A DNA stretch of 64,000 bases from Gammaproteobacteria bacterium (GCA_018819105.1 JAHJQV010000018.1:47787-111786); one strand, 5' to 3'; positions 9,853 through 20,063 are shown, numbered from the stretch's first letter. Numbers and translations: made by a program. Notes: generated by a model not told the origin, from the sequence alone.

Positions 9853-11112
9853 TCAGAGCACGCTGGAGGGATTGGCCAGCAGGTCACCGTCGTGCACATC
9901 GCGCTCGCCATCCATGATCAGCGCATAACTGACCCTGGCATAGCTGCGATAGACCATAACCCGGGCGACGTATTCATCCGGCAGTTGCACATTGACCTCG
10001 CGACTGGTGCCGAACACACGGCGGAAGCTGCCCGGCGCACCGCGCACCGGATCGGCGATTTCCTCGCCGGGATTCATCACGGCAAACACGTGGCCGGCAG
10101 CAACGCCATCTTCGGCACCGATGTTGAGCATGACGATGTCATTGTGTGCCGCAGTCGGGCCGACATCGAGGATGCCCATGACCCGGGCACCGCTGGGGAC
10201 CGCGTCCATCGTCTTGGGATGAAAGAATTCCTCGTAGGCGTAATCTTCCAGCGGCAGAATAAAGTCACCCTGCCTGACTTCGCGCTTGCCGCTTTCTATT
10301 TCCAGAATCGACACCTCACCACCGCGCAATACCGTGGCGGTAGCTACCTCAAACAATTCGTGGCCGATGATTTCGCGATCCTTGCCGTCGATTTGCTTCA
10401 GCTGCCGCCATAACATGGAGTCGCGGCGGTATTCCGGCCGATAGGTACGACCTGGGAAATCGGGCTGCTTGTACTGGCGGATGTAGTCATCGCCGGCACG
10501 GCGCTCACCGTGGCTGTGCTCATGAAAGGCGGTCTGATAGACCATGCGGTGGCGGGCGATCACCACCGGGGTGCCCGCCCCGACCTGCAGGCCGCGTACA
10601 TAGACTTTATCACCTGGCGTGCCAAGGATGGCCTGTTCCTCGTTGGCCACCACGTACGGCAAACGCTCCATGTCCTCGTCACTGACCAGCCTTGGCCAGC
10701 GCAGAAAACCGCGCAGTGCATCCAGCGGAATGGCGCTGAGCGGCTCCTCGCCCACCACGCGAATCTGTGGCGAACGCCGCACCACCTGTAGCACCGGCCG
10801 GCCATTGAGGTAGCTCAGATTGAGCACATCGCCGGGATAGATCAGGTGCGGGTTTTCAATCTGCGGATTGGCCTGCCAGATCGCCGGCCATTCCCATGGC
10901 CGGATCAGAAAGCGGCTGGCCAGATCCCACAATGTGTCGCCTGGCTGCACCACATATTCCTGCGGATGATCGCTGCGCAGCATGGCCTCACCATCCTGGG
11001 CCTGCGTCAACTGGGCCGGCAACAGGCATGCCAGCAGCAGCGCGCTCAGCAGCAGCCATACCTGACCTTGCAGCAGGCGGGGGGAAACAGCGGTGGCGGA
11101 TTGTATGTTCAT
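9853..11112 (-). CDS. LysM peptidoglycan-binding protein (TsaP-like position)
   Basis: Signal peptide followed by a LysM motif (YVVQPGDTLWDLASRFL...IYPGDVL). Its conserved location between dprA and def is where TsaP-type LysM proteins sit in other proteobacteria. Confidence 0.7.
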   Translation of the reverse strand: MNIQSATAVSPRLLQGQVWLLLSALLLACLLPAQLTQAQDGEAMLRSDHPQEYVVQPGDTLWDLASRFLIRPWEWPAIWQANPQIENPHLIYPGDVLNLSYLNGRPVLQVVRRSPQIRVVGEEPLSAIPLDALRGFLRWPRLVSDEDMERLPYVVANEEQAILGTPGDKVYVRGLQVGAGTPVVIARHRMVYQTAFHEHSHGERRAGDDYIRQYKQPDFPGRTYRPEYRRDSMLWRQLKQIDGKDREIIGHELFEVATATVLRGGEVSILEIESGKREVRQGDFILPLEDYAYEEFFHPKTMDAVPSGARVMGILDVGPTAAHNDIVMLNIGAEDGVAAGHVFAVMNPGEEIADPVRGAPGSFRRVFGTSREVNVQLPDEYVARVMVYRSYARVSYALIMDGERDVHDGDLLANPSSVL

Positions 11113-11293
11113 ATCTGATCCTTGGTCAGGTTCCCAGCGTCAGTCTCAACATCCCTGTTGACCCGAATGCCGTGTGTGAATCCTGCTGGCACAAGCCTGT
11201 CGATAAACAATAAAAGCTTTAGATTCCGACATTTTATTACATGATCTTACAAATCACATTATTTGGCAAGCCGTTCCTGCCTGATTCCTCACA

Positions 11294-11315
11294 CAATGTT
11301 GCGACATTGTATAAT
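11294..11315 (+). promoter_or_regulatory. candidate def-fmt promoter: 16-bp palindrome abutting an extended -10
   Basis: caatgttgcgacattg (11294-11309, perfect palindrome) is immediately followed by TATAAT (11310-11315), preceded by TG. It lies 27 nt upstream of the def ATG. No good -35 seen. Confidence 0.3.
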
Positions 11316-11341
11316 GCCTGCATTGACAGATCTGTGAAACC

Positions 11342-11860
11342 ATGAGCAAACTGACCATTCTCGAATACCCCGATCCACGCCTGCGTACGGTGGCCAAACC
11401 GGTCACGCGCTTCGATGCACAGCTGCAAACGCTGATCGATGACATGGCCGAAACCATGTATGCCGCGCGCGGCATTGGCCTCGCTGCGACTCAGGTGGAT
11501 CAGCACCTGCGTCTGCTGGTGCTCGATGTGTCCGAATCACGCGATGCGCTGCAGGTGTTCATCAATCCCGAACTGCTCGACCGCAGTGGCACGCTGCAGC
11601 AGGAAGAGGGTTGTCTGTCGGTGCCGGAGATCTATGCCGAGGTCAAGCGCGCCGAAACCGTTACCGTGCGGGCGCAGGATGCCAGCGGTGAACACTTAGA
11701 ACAGCAACTGGATGGTCTGGCAGCGATCTGTCTGCAGCACGAGATGGATCATCTGCAAGGTCGCCTGTTCGTCGATTATCTGTCGCCGATCAAGCGCGAC
11801 ATGCTGAAAAAGAAACTGGCGCGACAACGACGCCAGCCAGCGGAAAGCGTATCAGCGTGA
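11342..11860 (+). CDS. def: peptide deformylase
   Basis: Motifs GIGLAATQV, EGCLSVP and QHEMDHL are all present. Confidence 0.95.
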   Translation: MSKLTILEYPDPRLRTVAKPVTRFDAQLQTLIDDMAETMYAARGIGLAATQVDQHLRLLVLDVSESRDALQVFINPELLDRSGTLQQEEGCLSVPEIYAEVKRAETVTVRAQDASGEHLEQQLDGLAAICLQHEMDHLQGRLFVDYLSPIKRDMLKKKLARQRRQPAESVSA

Positions 11861-12789
11861 AAATCATCTATGCAGGAACGCCGGAGTTTGCCGTTCCTGC
11901 CTTGCAGGCGCTGTGCCGGCGTGCGGAACTCAGGCCACTGCTGGTGCTGACCCAGCCGGACCGTCCGGCCGGACGTGGCCAGCAGCTGCAGGAAAGCCCG
12001 GTCAAACGCTGCGCCATAAGTCTGCAATTGCCGCTGGCCCAGCCGCAGTCGCTGGCTGAGGCCGACATCCAGGCACAGTTGCACGCGCTGGCACCGGACC
12101 TGATCATCGTTGCCGCCTATGGCCTGCTGTTACCGACCAGCCTGTTGCAGCTGCCACGTCACGGCTGCTGGAACATCCATGCCTCACTGCTGCCGCGCTG
12201 GCGCGGTGCCGCGCCAATCCAGTACGCCATCGCCGCCGGCGACCGCCACACCGGCATCAGCATCATGCACATGGAACGAGGTCTCGATACCGGCCCGGTC
12301 TATCTGCAGCGCGAACTGGCCATCGCCGAGGACGACACCAGCGCCAGTCTGCATGATCGCCTGGCTCAGCTGGGTGCCGACTGCCTGCTGCAATGTGTGC
12401 AGGCCCTGCAGCAGGAACGCCTGCCGCAGCCGGTGGCACAGGATGCCAGTCTGGTCACCCATGCACCGCGCCTGCACAAGGCCGATGCCCGCATAGACTG
12501 GCAGCAACCGGCCACAGTGATCGCGCGCAAGGTGCGGGCTTACAACCCATGGCCGGCAGCCTGGACCGAACTGCTGGGCAAACGCACCGTGATCTGGGAA
12601 GCACAGGCGCTGCCGGGCAAGCATGGCCAGCCCGGTGACATCATTGCCGCACGTCGCGATCATTTGCTGGTAGCCTGTGGCAGTGGCGCTCTGGCCATCC
12701 GCCTGCTGCAACCCGCCGACAGCCGTGCCATGCCCGCCTCTGACTGGTTGAATGCTTATGGCCGCCACCTCGAAACCGCGCTCAACTGA
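11857..12789 (+). CDS. fmt: methionyl-tRNA formyltransferase
   Basis: MKIIYAGTPEFAVPAL..., HASLLPRWRGAAPIQ. The GTG start overlaps the def stop (GTGA). Confidence 0.95.
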   Translation: MKIIYAGTPEFAVPALQALCRRAELRPLLVLTQPDRPAGRGQQLQESPVKRCAISLQLPLAQPQSLAEADIQAQLHALAPDLIIVAAYGLLLPTSLLQLPRHGCWNIHASLLPRWRGAAPIQYAIAAGDRHTGISIMHMERGLDTGPVYLQRELAIAEDDTSASLHDRLAQLGADCLLQCVQALQQERLPQPVAQDASLVTHAPRLHKADARIDWQQPATVIARKVRAYNPWPAAWTELLGKRTVIWEAQALPGKHGQPGDIIAARRDHLLVACGSGALAIRLLQPADSRAMPASDWLNAYGRHLETALN

Positions 12790-14362
12790 GCCCGCCATCG
12801 CCGCGTCTGCACGGTCGCCTGACGCACCGCGCCGCACGGATCGGCCGGATCAGGATCAGAGCCATGGCCAGAGCAAGGGCCAGAGCAAGGGCCAGAGCAA
12901 GGGCCAGAGCAAGGGCCAGAGCAAAGCCAGGCGCAAGCCAGCCAGCCAGCCTGGCCCCAAGCGCCAATCCAAAGCCGGCAAACCTGCCTCAGCCGCCAAC
13001 AAAACACGCTCCCCGACCAGTACGGCACGGCGCAAGACCGCCACCGGTCAGCCGCCGTCGGCACGCTGTCTCGCCGTGCTGGTGCTCAAGGATGTACTGC
13101 GCCATGACCTGACGCTGGATCACGCCATCGACAAACACCTGGCCAGCCTGCCGGCGCGCGACCGGGCCTTCGCCCAGCACCTGTGCTATGCCACACTGCG
13201 TCAGCTCAATGCCCTGCAGGCGCTGGCGACGCTGCTGCTGGACAAACCCCTGCCGCGAAAATATTTCGACATCGAGTTGCTGCTGCTGCTGGGTCTGCTG
13301 CAGTTGTGGGACAGCCATGTGGCCGAACACGCGGCTGTCAGCGCCACCGTCAACGTGTGCAATGAACTCGGCAAGAACTGGGCGCGCAGGCTGATCAATG
13401 CCGGTCTGCGCCGGTTTCAGCGCGAGCGCGACGGGCTGTTGCAGGAGGTCATGGCGCACGATGCAAACCGCTACGCGACCCCGGCCTGGCTGCTGCAGCG
13501 CCTGCAGCAGGACTGGCCACAACGCTGGCCTGCGATGCTGCAGCAGGCGCTGCGACCGGCACCGATGTGGCTACGCGTGAACCTGGCGCGCAACAGTCGC
13601 GAGGATTATCTGCGCCTGCTGGCCGCGCAGCACATCGCCGCCGCCGCTGGCAACGCCGCCGCCGATGTGCTGCTGCGCGATGCGGTGACGGTGGAACAAC
13701 TGCCCGGCTTTGCCGAAGGTCTGGTTTCGGTGCAGGACAGCAGCGCCCAGTTTGCCGCCACGCTGTTGCATCCCGAGCCCGGCCAGCGGGTACTGGATCT
13801 GTGCGCCGCCCCGGGCGGCAAAAGCTGTCAGTTGCTGGAACAATTTGCCCCGATCACACTGCTCAGCGTCGATCTGCAACCGCAACGCCTGCAACGTCTG
13901 CGCGACAATTACCAGCGGCTTGGTCTGAGCGGACAGATCGTCTGTGGCGACGCCCGCCACATTACCGCCGACGCCGATGGCTGGTGGGATGGCGAACCGT
14001 TTGACCGCATTCTGCTGGATGCGCCGTGTTCCGCCAGCGGCGTGATTCGTCGGCACCCGGACATCAAATGGCGCCTGCAGCCGGACAAGCTGAACAACAT
14101 CATCACCCTGCAGCAGCAATTGTTGCAGCAGGCCTGGCAGCTGCTGCAACCCGGCGGTCAGCTGCTCTACTCGACCTGCTCGGTACTGCAGGCAGAAAAC
14201 GACACCAGGATCGCCGCATTTCTGGCCGCACATGCCGACGCCAGCAGCCACAGCATCACACTCAGCGTTGGCCAGCCCACCGCGCACGGCTGGCAGTGCC
14301 TGACCGGCGACGGCGGCGGCGACGGCATGTACTTTGCACTGCTGCGCAAGGCTGCCTGCTGA
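12752..14362 (+). CDS. rsmB: 16S rRNA (cytosine967-C5)-methyltransferase RsmB with a basic low-complexity N-terminal extension of about 100 aa
   Basis: The NusB-like and methyltransferase parts are recognisable (DLCAAPGGKS, LLDAPCSASGVIRRHPDIKW, LLYSTCS). The only in-frame ATGs upstream of the homologous part are 12752 and 12758, overlapping the fmt 3' end. Start is therefore uncertain. Confidence 0.85.
   Translation: MLMAATSKPRSTEPAIAASARSPDAPRRTDRPDQDQSHGQSKGQSKGQSKGQSKGQSKARRKPASQPGPKRQSKAGKPASAANKTRSPTSTARRKTATGQPPSARCLAVLVLKDVLRHDLTLDHAIDKHLASLPARDRAFAQHLCYATLRQLNALQALATLLLDKPLPRKYFDIELLLLLGLLQLWDSHVAEHAAVSATVNVCNELGKNWARRLINAGLRRFQRERDGLLQEVMAHDANRYATPAWLLQRLQQDWPQRWPAMLQQALRPAPMWLRVNLARNSREDYLRLLAAQHIAAAAGNAAADVLLRDAVTVEQLPGFAEGLVSVQDSSAQFAATLLHPEPGQRVLDLCAAPGGKSCQLLEQFAPITLLSVDLQPQRLQRLRDNYQRLGLSGQIVCGDARHITADADGWWDGEPFDRILLDAPCSASGVIRRHPDIKWRLQPDKLNNIITLQQQLLQQAWQLLQPGGQLLYSTCSVLQAENDTRIAAFLAAHADASSHSITLSVGQPTAHGWQCLTGDGGGDGMYFALLRKAAC
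12866..12925. repeat. 12-bp in-frame tandem repeat x5 (GQSK units)
   Basis: ggccagagcaag repeated at 12866, 12878, 12890, 12902 and 12914 (last unit ends in a). Encodes HGQSKGQSKGQSKGQSKGQSKA. Confidence 0.9.
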
Positions 14363-14406
14363 TGTGTCGCCCACTGATATGCCACCCCTGATATGCCATC
14401 CCTGAT

Positions 14407-15087
14407 ATGCGATTACTGGAGGCCATGAAGCGGACGCGGATCACACTTGCTGCAGCTGCCCTGGCACTGCTGTTGTCATGGCTGCTCAGCGCGTGCAACG
14501 GGCCAGCTGCCGATAACGGCGCACAGATCCGCGTGCTGGAACCGAAACTGCTGCAGAACGGCGAACTGGCGCTGGTCGCCGGCATCGACATGCGGCTGGG
14601 AGATGAGGTGCTGGAAGCGCTGCACAGCGGGATTCCGATCGTCATCAGCGTGGATCTGCGGCTGGGCCGGCGCTATCGCTATTTCGCTCGCGAAATCGAC
14701 ACCCGCAGCCAGCACTGGGTGCTCAACTATCTGCCACTGAGCGAGCGCTACACACTGGAACATGCGGTCAGCGGCGACATCAACAGCTACCCGCGGCTGC
14801 GCACGCTGCTGGCCGATCTGCGGCAGCCGGTGCGCTATCCCTGGACACAGCAGGCCAATCGCTCTGCGGCATGGACAGACGGCCGTCACCAATTGCAGGT
14901 GCGCGTCAGGCTGAACCGCTTGCGGCTGCCGGCACCGCTGCGGCTGCCGGCGCTGATATCCAGCCAATGGCGGCTGCAGGACGGCTGGCACACACTGTGG
15001 ATCACCGCCAGCAACAACCCCGCTGCCGCGCAGGCTCCGGCAGCCGTGCTGCACCACACGCCACAGGGACCGCTGCATGCGCTCTGA
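14407..15087 (+). CDS. DUF4390-like protein, probable lipoprotein
   Basis: Signal peptide with lipobox-like LLSAC. It sits between rsmB and the NtrY-like kinase, where DUF4390 genes are typically found. Sequence-level assignment is from memory only. Confidence 0.5.
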   Translation: MRLLEAMKRTRITLAAAALALLLSWLLSACNGPAADNGAQIRVLEPKLLQNGELALVAGIDMRLGDEVLEALHSGIPIVISVDLRLGRRYRYFAREIDTRSQHWVLNYLPLSERYTLEHAVSGDINSYPRLRTLLADLRQPVRYPWTQQANRSAAWTDGRHQLQVRVRLNRLRLPAPLRLPALISSQWRLQDGWHTLWITASNNPAAAQAPAAVLHHTPQGPLHAL

Positions 15088-17314
15088 ATCCTGGCTGTAT
15101 GGCCGCAGTCTGCCACTGCTGGCGCTGGCCAGCATGCTCATCGCCGCCAGCCTGCTGGTGGTCGACATCGAGTCCGGCGAGAGCCGGCTGCCGTCACTGA
15201 ACCTGTGGATTCTGGGTCTGGGTCTGCTCGCCCTGCTGCTGCTGCTGGCGGCCATCATCGGGCGCATGTATCGCCTGGCGACGCAACTGCGACAGCAGCA
15301 GCCCGGTGCCCGCCTGACCCGCCGCCTGACGGTCATTTTTCTCGCCCTGGCGCTGCCACCGGCACTGATCGTGTATCTGTTTTCCATGGAGTTTCTCAAC
15401 GAAACCATCGACGACTGGCTTAACGTGGGTCAGGAGCAGGCGCTGGCCGATGCCATCGAACTCGCCCGCGTGGTGCTGGACGCACGCATTCTGGAAAGCC
15501 AGCGGCAGATTCGCCAGCTCACCATCGAGCTGCAAAGCGAGATCAATCAGCGCGACAGCAGCGACTGGTTTCCACTGCTGATCGACAAGGTCAACAGCAG
15601 CGGGCCGATGGAGCTGTCGATTCTGGACGAACGCGGTTCGGTGCTGGCTTCAGCCAACATCGACGGCTCGGTGATGAATGCCGACCGGCCGCGTGATTTT
15701 ACCCTGCTGCAGATCCTCGACAGCGGCATCTATGCCGAAGCCGAACCGCTGAACCTGAACCCGGCATCGGCTGCCGGCAGCGATCGCGAACTGGCGCGTG
15801 ATCTGAAGATCCGCGCGGCCATGGTGATTCCCGATGCCGCCCGCGGTCAACCGCGCCATATCCTGCAGGCCATCTACTATCTGCCACAGCAGTTCAACGA
15901 GCTGGCCGGCAACATCGAGGCCGCCTATTTCGACAATCAGCGGGTCACCGTGCTGCGCGACGCGCTGAAACTGAGTTTTGTCATCATTCTCACGCTGGTA
16001 CTGGGTCTGAGCATGCTGCTCGGCATACTCGCCGCACTCAGTGTGGCACAGCGCCTGGTGCAGCCTTTGACACGGCTGGCGCAGGCGACCGGACAGGTGG
16101 CCGTGGGCGAATACCACCAGGACGTGAAACTGAAAAGCAGCGACGAGTTGGGCTTTCTGGTGCGCTCGTTCAACCAGATGAGCATTGAACTGGAACGCAG
16201 CCGGGTGCATCTGGAAGATCAGCGTCAATATCTGGAAACCGTGCTCAACCGGCTGTCCGCCGGGGTCATGTCGTTCGACAGCCAGCAGCATCTGGTGACC
16301 AGCAATCCCAGCGCCGCCAACATTCTCGGCATGGATTTGTCGGCCTGCGTGGGTCAGAGCCTGGCGCACATTGCCGCCCGTCATGCCGACACCGCCGGCC
16401 TGTTTGAGCGCATCCGCGACCGCAGCCAGCAGGAGCTGGAATGGCGTGAGGAAATCCGCCTGCAGCAAAACGACAAAACCCTGGTGCTGGTGTGTCGCGG
16501 CAGCCAGCTGCCGGGCCAGGATGCCGGCCAGGTGGTGGTGTTTGATGATGTCACCGTGCTCACCGAAGCCCAGCGCCAGGCCGCCTGGTCGGAAGTGGCC
16601 CGCAGGCTGGCGCATGAGGTCAAAAACCCGCTCACACCAATCCGGCTGGCGGCCGAACGCATGGGCCGCAAGCTGCAGCCACAGCTGGATGTTGATCACC
16701 AGTCAATACTGAGCAAGGCGACGCGCACCATCGTCAATCAGGTCGAAGCCCTGCAGTCGCTGGTGAATGCCTTTGCCGATTACGCCCAGGACAATCGTGC
16801 CGAGCGGCAGGCGCTGGATCTGCACGAATTGCTGCATGAGATCATCGACCTGTATCAGGCGGCCTCGGACAACATCCGCTTTGATTGCGATCTTCAGGCC
16901 AGCCCCAGCGACATTCTGGCCAACCCCGGCCGCCTGCGCCAGGTGCTGCACAATCTGCTGCGCAACGCCCAGGAGGCGCATGCCACGGCGGCCACGAACG
17001 GCCCGCTGATCATCCACCTGAGTACCTGCCTGGAACAGCGCGAACAGGCCGCTGGCGTGCTGTTGCGACTGCGCGACAACGGTCCCGGCATCGATGCGGC
17101 CCTGCTGGAAGACGTGTTTCAGCCCTATGTCAGCAGCAAGCAGCGTGGCACTGCAGCCGAATCGGGCAGCCGCACAGCAGGTCTGGGACTGGCCATTGTG
17201 CGCAAGATCATTGATGAAAGCGGCGGCAGCATCCGCCTGTCCAACCACCCCGATGGCGGTGCCGAGGCCAGCATCTGGCTGCCGCTGGCCGCCATCGACA
17301 GCAGCGGCGTATAA
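15077..17314 (+). CDS. NtrY-like sensor histidine kinase (TM-HAMP-PAS-HisKA-HATPase)
   Basis: N-terminal TM helices. H-box LAHEVKNPLTPIRL, N-box LHNLLRNAQEA, G-boxes RDNGPGI and GLGLAIVRKII. Confidence 0.8.
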   Translation: MRSESWLYGRSLPLLALASMLIAASLLVVDIESGESRLPSLNLWILGLGLLALLLLLAAIIGRMYRLATQLRQQQPGARLTRRLTVIFLALALPPALIVYLFSMEFLNETIDDWLNVGQEQALADAIELARVVLDARILESQRQIRQLTIELQSEINQRDSSDWFPLLIDKVNSSGPMELSILDERGSVLASANIDGSVMNADRPRDFTLLQILDSGIYAEAEPLNLNPASAAGSDRELARDLKIRAAMVIPDAARGQPRHILQAIYYLPQQFNELAGNIEAAYFDNQRVTVLRDALKLSFVIILTLVLGLSMLLGILAALSVAQRLVQPLTRLAQATGQVAVGEYHQDVKLKSSDELGFLVRSFNQMSIELERSRVHLEDQRQYLETVLNRLSAGVMSFDSQQHLVTSNPSAANILGMDLSACVGQSLAHIAARHADTAGLFERIRDRSQQELEWREEIRLQQNDKTLVLVCRGSQLPGQDAGQVVVFDDVTVLTEAQRQAAWSEVARRLAHEVKNPLTPIRLAAERMGRKLQPQLDVDHQSILSKATRTIVNQVEALQSLVNAFADYAQDNRAERQALDLHELLHEIIDLYQAASDNIRFDCDLQASPSDILANPGRLRQVLHNLLRNAQEAHATAATNGPLIIHLSTCLEQREQAAGVLLRLRDNGPGIDAALLEDVFQPYVSSKQRGTAAESGSRTAGLGLAIVRKIIDESGGSIRLSNHPDGGAEASIWLPLAAIDSSGV

Positions 17315-17328
17315 TCCTAGCATTCAAG

Positions 17329-18672
17329 TTGTTCGCCGAAACAGAGACCCAACCGAGCATGCCCGAGCCGCAGATACTGATCGTCGACGATGAAACCGAC
17401 ATCCGGGAACTGATCTCGGACATCCTCGGTGACGAAGGCTACCGCGTGCTCACCGCACCCGATGCGGCCACAGCCGACGCCGCCTATCGCGAGCACAAGC
17501 CCGATCTGGTGCTGCTCGACATCTGGATGCCGGACAGCGATGGCATCAGCCTGCTGGAGCAGTGGCAACAGCAGGCTCCACTGAGCTGCCCCGTGGTGAT
17601 GATGTCCGGGCACGGCAATGTGGAAACCGCCGTGCAGGCAACCCGGCTGGGGGCGCTGGATTTCATCGAAAAACCGGTGGCATTGAACAAGCTGCTGGTG
17701 ATGGTGGAGCGGGCACTGCAGACCCAGCCAGCCAGTCAGGTCGAGTTGCCGCCGGAGCCCAAACTGGCGCAGATGCTGCCGGTGGGCAATTCCGAACACC
17801 GTCAGGCCCTGCGCCAGCAGCTGCAGAGTCTGGCCGGCCATCAGCGTCACTTCGGCCTGGTCGGCGAACCGGGCACATGCCTGCACGACATGGTTCACTG
17901 GGTGCATGAAAACAGTGCCATCGCAGAGACCCCGCTGCGTTTTGACCAGCGCGCGATGCAGGCCATCACCGAGCAGCGGCTGGATCGCGGCTGCATCGCC
18001 ATCAGCGCCGGTGGTCTGCTCACGGCAAACCAGCAGCAGCAACTGCATGACTGGGCCAGCGCCGGTTCCACACAGCGGCCGCGCCGTCTGGTCATTTACT
18101 GCAGCGGCGATCTTGACAGCCAGTACCTGCAGGGCAGCCTGCTGCCGTCTCTGCATGAGTTGCTCAACGGCTATGTGGTCATGCTGCAGCCCCTGCGCCG
18201 GCACCTGATCGATGTGCCGCTGTTGCTGCGGCATTATTCCGAGCTGCTTTCGGATCAGGACAACCTGCCGTATCGGGCGTTCTCGCTGGCGGCACAGAAC
18301 CTGTTGCGACAGTACGCCTGGCCCGGCAACGAACTGCAGCTGCGCAAGTTCGTGCGCCAGTTGCTGCTGATCGGCAGCAACGAGGAAATCAGCGCCGAGG
18401 AGGCACGCCAGCAGCTGCAATGGTTGCAGCAGCAACCGGCGCTGTCCGGACTGGATGGCGAAATCTTCAATCAGCCGCTGCGCCAGGCACGCGAGGCGTT
18501 TGAACGCCAGTACCTGACCCATCATCTGCAGCAGACCGACGGCAGCGTCGGTGCCCTGGCCGATCGCGTTGGCATGGAACGCACACACCTGTACCGCAAA
18601 TTGCGCAATCTGGGACTGGATCCGCGCCAGGTCGGTAAATCCACCGAAACCATCATGGAGTCGGAGCAGTGA
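17329..18672 (+). CDS. NtrX-like response regulator with a degenerate AAA+ domain and a Fis-type HTH
   Basis: Receiver domain (ILIVDDETDIRELI...DLVLLDIWMPDSDG). Central-domain relics (GEPGTCLHDM in place of GESGTGKE, WPGNELQL). C-terminal HTH GSVGALADRVGMERTHLYRKLRNLGL. An alternative start is at 17359. Confidence 0.8.
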   Translation: MFAETETQPSMPEPQILIVDDETDIRELISDILGDEGYRVLTAPDAATADAAYREHKPDLVLLDIWMPDSDGISLLEQWQQQAPLSCPVVMMSGHGNVETAVQATRLGALDFIEKPVALNKLLVMVERALQTQPASQVELPPEPKLAQMLPVGNSEHRQALRQQLQSLAGHQRHFGLVGEPGTCLHDMVHWVHENSAIAETPLRFDQRAMQAITEQRLDRGCIAISAGGLLTANQQQQLHDWASAGSTQRPRRLVIYCSGDLDSQYLQGSLLPSLHELLNGYVVMLQPLRRHLIDVPLLLRHYSELLSDQDNLPYRAFSLAAQNLLRQYAWPGNELQLRKFVRQLLLIGSNEEISAEEARQQLQWLQQQPALSGLDGEIFNQPLRQAREAFERQYLTHHLQQTDGSVGALADRVGMERTHLYRKLRNLGLDPRQVGKSTETIMESEQ

Positions 18673-20045
18673 AAATCATCATCCTCGGTGCTGGCCAGGT
18701 CGGTGCCGGACTGGCCTTCAGCCTGTCGCGTGAACACAACGACATCACCATCGTCGACACCGACCAGCCGCGCCTGCGCGAGCTGCAGGACCGCCTCGAC
18801 ATCCGCGGCGTCAGCGGCAACGGCTCGCATCCACAGGTGCTGATCCGTGCCGGCATCGAGGACGCCGACATGCTGGTGGCGGTGACCAACAGTGACGAGG
18901 TCAACATGATCGCCTGCCAGGTCGCCTACACGCTGTTCAAAACTCCCACGCGCATTGCCCGGGTACGCGAAAGCGAGTACCTCAGCCATCCGGAGCTGTT
19001 TGAAACCCAGCACATTCCGATTGACCTGCTGATCAGCCCTGAACAGCAGGTGTGCAAGTTCATCCGCCGGCTGATCGAATACCCAGGTGCCCTGCAGGTG
19101 CTGGATTTTGCCCATGGCAAGGCGCAGATGGTGGCGGTGCGGGCGCGCTCGGACGGCCCGCTGGTGGGGCAGCAGCTGAGCACGCTGCGCGAACACATCC
19201 CCGGTGACGTGGATGCCCGCGTGGTGGCCATCTTCCGAGACGACGAGGCCATCATCCCGGAAGGCACGACCGTCATCCACCGCGACGACCTGGTGTTCTT
19301 TCTTGCCGCCCACCAGGACATCCGCGTGATCATGAACGAGCTGCGTCAGCAGGAAGAACCAGTCAAGCGCATCATGCTGGCCGGTGGCGGCAACATCGGC
19401 AGCACGCTGGCAAAAAGCCTGGAATTCGACTACCACGTCAAGCTCATCGAACGCAGCCCGCAGCGGGCGCGGGAAATCACCGAGGATCTGGAGCGCGCCA
19501 TCATCCTGGTTGGTGACTGTGCCGATGTCGAACTGCTGAAGGAGGAGAGCATCGACCGCGTCGATGTGTTCTGTGCCCTGACCAACGACGACGAGGCCAA
19601 CATCCTGTCTTCGATGCTGGCGAAAAAGCTGGGGGCCGGCAAAGTGCTGACGCTGATCAACCGTCCGGCCTATGCCGATCTGGTCGAGACCGAACTGATC
19701 GATGTGGCGGTGTCGCCGCGACAGATCACCATCGGTGCGCTGCTCACACGCATCCGTCGCGGCAACATCGAACGGGTGCATTCGCTGCGCCGGGGTGCGG
19801 CGGAAGCCATCGAGGCGGTGGCCAAGGGCAATGCCTCAACCTCGCATGTGGTGGGCCTGCGCATCGGCGAGCTGAAGCTGCCCCCCAGTGCAGCCATTGG
19901 CGGCATCGTGCGTGGTGATGAAGTCATCATTGCTCACGATGACATCAAGATCGAGACCGATGACCACGTTATTCTGCTGGTCACTGACAAGCACCACATC
20001 CAGGCCATCGAAGAGCTGTTTGAGGTCCGCGACAGTGCGGTCTGA
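18669..20045 (+). CDS. trkA: Trk potassium uptake protein TrkA
   Basis: MKIIILGAGQVG plus a second Rossmann motif IMLAGGGNIG, 458 aa. The GTG start overlaps the upstream stop. Confidence 0.95.
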   Translation: MKIIILGAGQVGAGLAFSLSREHNDITIVDTDQPRLRELQDRLDIRGVSGNGSHPQVLIRAGIEDADMLVAVTNSDEVNMIACQVAYTLFKTPTRIARVRESEYLSHPELFETQHIPIDLLISPEQQVCKFIRRLIEYPGALQVLDFAHGKAQMVAVRARSDGPLVGQQLSTLREHIPGDVDARVVAIFRDDEAIIPEGTTVIHRDDLVFFLAAHQDIRVIMNELRQQEEPVKRIMLAGGGNIGSTLAKSLEFDYHVKLIERSPQRAREITEDLERAIILVGDCADVELLKEESIDRVDVFCALTNDDEANILSSMLAKKLGAGKVLTLINRPAYADLVETELIDVAVSPRQITIGALLTRIRRGNIERVHSLRRGAAEAIEAVAKGNASTSHVVGLRIGELKLPPSAAIGGIVRGDEVIIAHDDIKIETDDHVILLVTDKHHIQAIEELFEVRDSAV

Positions 20046-20063
20046 CGAACACGGCAGCGCGGC

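Noticed and set aside
8582-9928. 448-aa plus-strand ORF
   Set aside because: Antisense to dprA and the dprA-LysM intergenic region. Low-complexity Arg/Gln/Gly-rich translation.
17317-19781. Two long minus-strand ORFs (17317..18588 and 18522..19781)
   Set aside because: They are antisense to the NtrX-like gene and trkA, both of which have clear family motifs on the plus strand.
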